A stretch of DNA of 64,000 nucleotides from Calcarisporiella thermophila CBS 279.70. Lineage: Eukaryota > Fungi > Calcarisporiellomycota. Positions 61,314 through 64,000 of this stretch are shown in pieces. The stretch is from the NCBI RefSeq assembly GCF_041956535.1, contig NW_027192210.1:256021-320020 (forward strand), written 5' to 3'. The stretch's first letter is position 1; every line of letters begins with the position of its first letter. The notes below the pieces were generated by a model. The model made no database searches. It saw only the letters and a program-made list of their open reading frames with translations, and was not told the origin of the DNA. The position numbers and the translations under genes are program-made.

Positions 61314-63157
61314 TTAGGTCGCGAATTTAGCCCCCTGCAAGCTGCCAAACACATTAGTAGGATCAAGCTCGGCTTTAAGCCTTAACAGCCTCTCCTTGTT
61401 TTCACCAATCTCCTTGCTGATATCTTCTAGTCCTTCTGAGAAGTTCACATACACCCGATTGGAGTTTCCGTCCTCCAATAATATCCTGGAGATCTCGTGG
61501 GACCAATTGGCTATTTCTTTATCCAATTCCTTGCTCTTCCAACGAGGAAGCACTACCGCATTCATCAGGTCGTCGCGCCAGGGAAAGGCCGCTTCGTCGC
61601 GTGCATGTTCTATATTGACTTTCGGATGGTACATTTCAATTAACACAGCTGATTGCATCGCCTCGGGATACTTATCTGTCATGCTCGTGTACTTTTCAAA
61701 CGCACGTTTCAAAGTGGGATACTTGAGTTGACGAAGATTAGCCGGACTGAATCTATTCGAGAGGTAGAAACTATAAATAAGCGACGAGATACACGAGCAA
61801 TATACGTGTGCTCGTGGAGATTAAACTCGGGAATGAAATGCAATACCTCTTTCTATCACCAAAGGTGGCAATGTGATTCAGGGTCCCATTGATGGTTTCG
61901 TAGGGGACCATTCCAAGTTGCTCCATGACCGGACGTGCATCTAAAAAGGAAGCAAAGAGTCTCTTTGCCTCTGCTTCGTCCCCGTTGTAAAACGGGACAA
62001 CAACGAGCGATGGCGCGAAATTTGCTGGAGGCGGCCTGGCAAATGCTATGATGGCCGCGGAACGCTCATTCATAATGCTATGAAATTTTTCAGCAGCTGC
62101 AATGACCTTTTCGAGGTCCGAGCCCGGGAAGATCAGCTGGCCACTGAATACTTCGTTAGGCTGATCAAACGCACGATAAACAAACTACAAGGAGAGAAGA
62201 GGGTTGATTTCTTTTGACAAGCCAACGGGTGGAAGAACCCCATTATAGTCCTGCGTCTACCATACCTCTGTAACGGCTCCCAAACATTTGCCATATCCTC
62301 GAATACCCCAAAAAATTTCAGGATTCTCTGTCTTGGAGGCCTTGATAATCTTCCCATCCGCGGTAATCATCTCTACTTCTTCAAGAACATCGATTACAAG
62401 ACCCTGTAGCATTGTGGGGTTAGGGATGACATAAGGTTCCTTATTCAATAAAAATATAAGAAAAGCAGTAATTATTCAAACCATACATAAAATCCAGTCA
62501 ACCATCCGTATCCGCCCCCAAGTGTTAAACCCCCAATACCGGTATGATTGACGGTACCACCGACTTTGTAAGGCGCATAATAATAGTAATATTTTAGAAA
62601 GATAGGGAGAAATAGACAGCACTCCAAGCAAGCAAACCTGTGGCGAGCTTATGTTTTGCTAACGCCCCATCAACGTCACGCCAGGTGGCACCACCTCCCG
62701 CGTAGACCAGTTTTCTTTCCGGGTCTACCTTGACCTGATTAAGTTGGGTTAGATCAACGACGATACCGCTGCTACTAGAACCGCCTGAGCACGAATGACC
62801 GCCGCCTTTGACGGCCATATTGATTTTATTGGCGGTGACAAATTTTAGCTATAAAAGGAACATGCAGGTTTAAGAGGTGGGTGAAAGACTTCAATTTGAA
62901 GGGAAAATCGTACAGTAAGGGAGACATCCTGAGCGCTGGCGCACTGGACGACCATTTGCGCACGCCGCACCGCCGTTTCCGACCACCTAGAATCATGTTC
63001 CGCGTTGAACCATACCATTAGACCTTACACTACAACTAGCCACAACTAACCTCTCAAGGGATCGCTCATACCCATCATCGCCCGGAACAAACACTCTTGC
63101 ACCTGGGGAAAGGTTCTTTTTGAAGCTATCGATTTCGTTCTGCTTTATTGCCACCAT
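61314..63157 (-). CDS. FAD-linked oxidoreductase (berberine-bridge-enzyme / 6-HDNO-like), multi-exon
   Basis: AVKGGGHS (covalent FAD His), [34 protein letters not shown] and [15 protein letters not shown] (BBE domain). No signal peptide. Confidence 0.92.
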
Positions 63158-63919
63158 TTTCTTGATGTTCGAAAGTGAGGGGGGAAAATTTGAGCAAAAA
63201 ATAAGACGTGAAAAACTAGTTGTAATTTGTATTTATACTATGCCTGGGATTACTTGTGTGCATGGGGGCTTTCACCTGGCGTGAATATACGTTAATAGCC
63301 ACTTCAGCCGAGTAGAAAAGAGACACTCGTCCTATGAAGTCCAATGAAGTCGAGGTGATTCACCACAACTAAATCAAATTTATGCCTGCAAAAATAGAAT
63401 AGAGTGTTCTGGCTATGGACCGCTCTTTTGACCGGCCAAAAAATCAGGCATCCAATACAATGAAAGCCTTAAAAGAGCTCGACGATAAAGTGAGGCAGAT
63501 GATTTCTTGCTATCCAATTTTTTTTTCCCGGACGTCCGAATTCTACTGTGTGACATTTTAGAAAGTTTAATATTTGTCAAATAGATTCTAAGGTGATAGG
63601 CTAATGGCGCGTGGCTCAGAACCTTGTATTGGGATGGGATGAAAGACAGCGTTTAACCTTTTTTTGTCATTCACCGGAATGGAGAAGAAAAAGAAGCCAT
63701 GTTTATTATCTGAAATAATCCCATTTTTATTCATCAGTTTTAAACACTTATTTGTAGTAAGAAAGAGAGATAATATTATGAATTGATGATTAAAGAAGAC
63801 TAATATATATAAACAAATATGCTAATTCTTCATAATATTTATTATAAATGCGAGATAGGAGGGAGAAGGAAGGGAAGAGAGTAATTTAGATGGAGAGAGA
63901 ATCATGGCAGTGCTTTGGA

Positions 63920-64000
63920 CTTAAGCACGTGGTCTCTGCATCGGCGGCGAGAAGCGGTTACGGAGAGCGGCACCCACAGGATTGGGGACGGGGCGGAGGA
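63920..64000 (-). other. Possible 3' end of a minus-strand gene entering from the right edge
   Basis: A GC-rich open frame ..LRPVPNPVGAALRNRFSPPMQRPRA* is followed on the minus strand by an AT-rich 3'-UTR-like tract. It is too short to identify. Confidence 0.3.

Overview
Gene-dense (about one gene per 2.3 kb) eukaryotic DNA with short (about 60-130 nt) GT-AG introns. It is most likely from an early-diverging fungus, probably Mucoromycota; this is inferred from the TRAP1, GH9 and GATA-PHD gene content. About 27 protein-coding genes can be read by hand-splicing: two RPS0/uS2 paralogs, THO2, a DnaJ protein, a small secreted protein, an alpha/beta hydrolase, TRAP1, an HSF-type TF, SYP1, ORC5, a heme-oxygenase-fold protein, a Crz1-like C2H2 TF, a B-type cyclin, a small mitochondrial membrane protein, UreF, a Sororin-like protein, mtSSB, a class 3 lipase, SVP26, an IRC21-like cytochrome b5, SWF1, an AhpD-like protein, a GATA/PHD protein, an ankyrin protein, an elongase, YCII, a G3BP/NTF2 protein, MRP51, a membrane-anchored GH9 and a BBE-like FAD oxidase. 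There is also a deletion-eroded Ty3/gypsy chromovirus relic and a 399-N assembly gap. The most notable observations are: (1) the segment 1-53581 is bracketed by two inverted RPS0 copies with homogenized exon 2 but diverged exon 1 and introns, and both break the assembly at the same base; (2) a ~20-nt motif is conserved in both RPS0 5'-UTR introns; (3) a heme-oxygenase homolog has lost the proximal His and the distal glycines; (4) a multi-hairpin candidate structured RNA lies at 27280-27481; (5) a G12-tract frameshift interrupts the HSF gene. No tRNA, rRNA or CRISPR array was found. All gene models are manual and no database searches were run.
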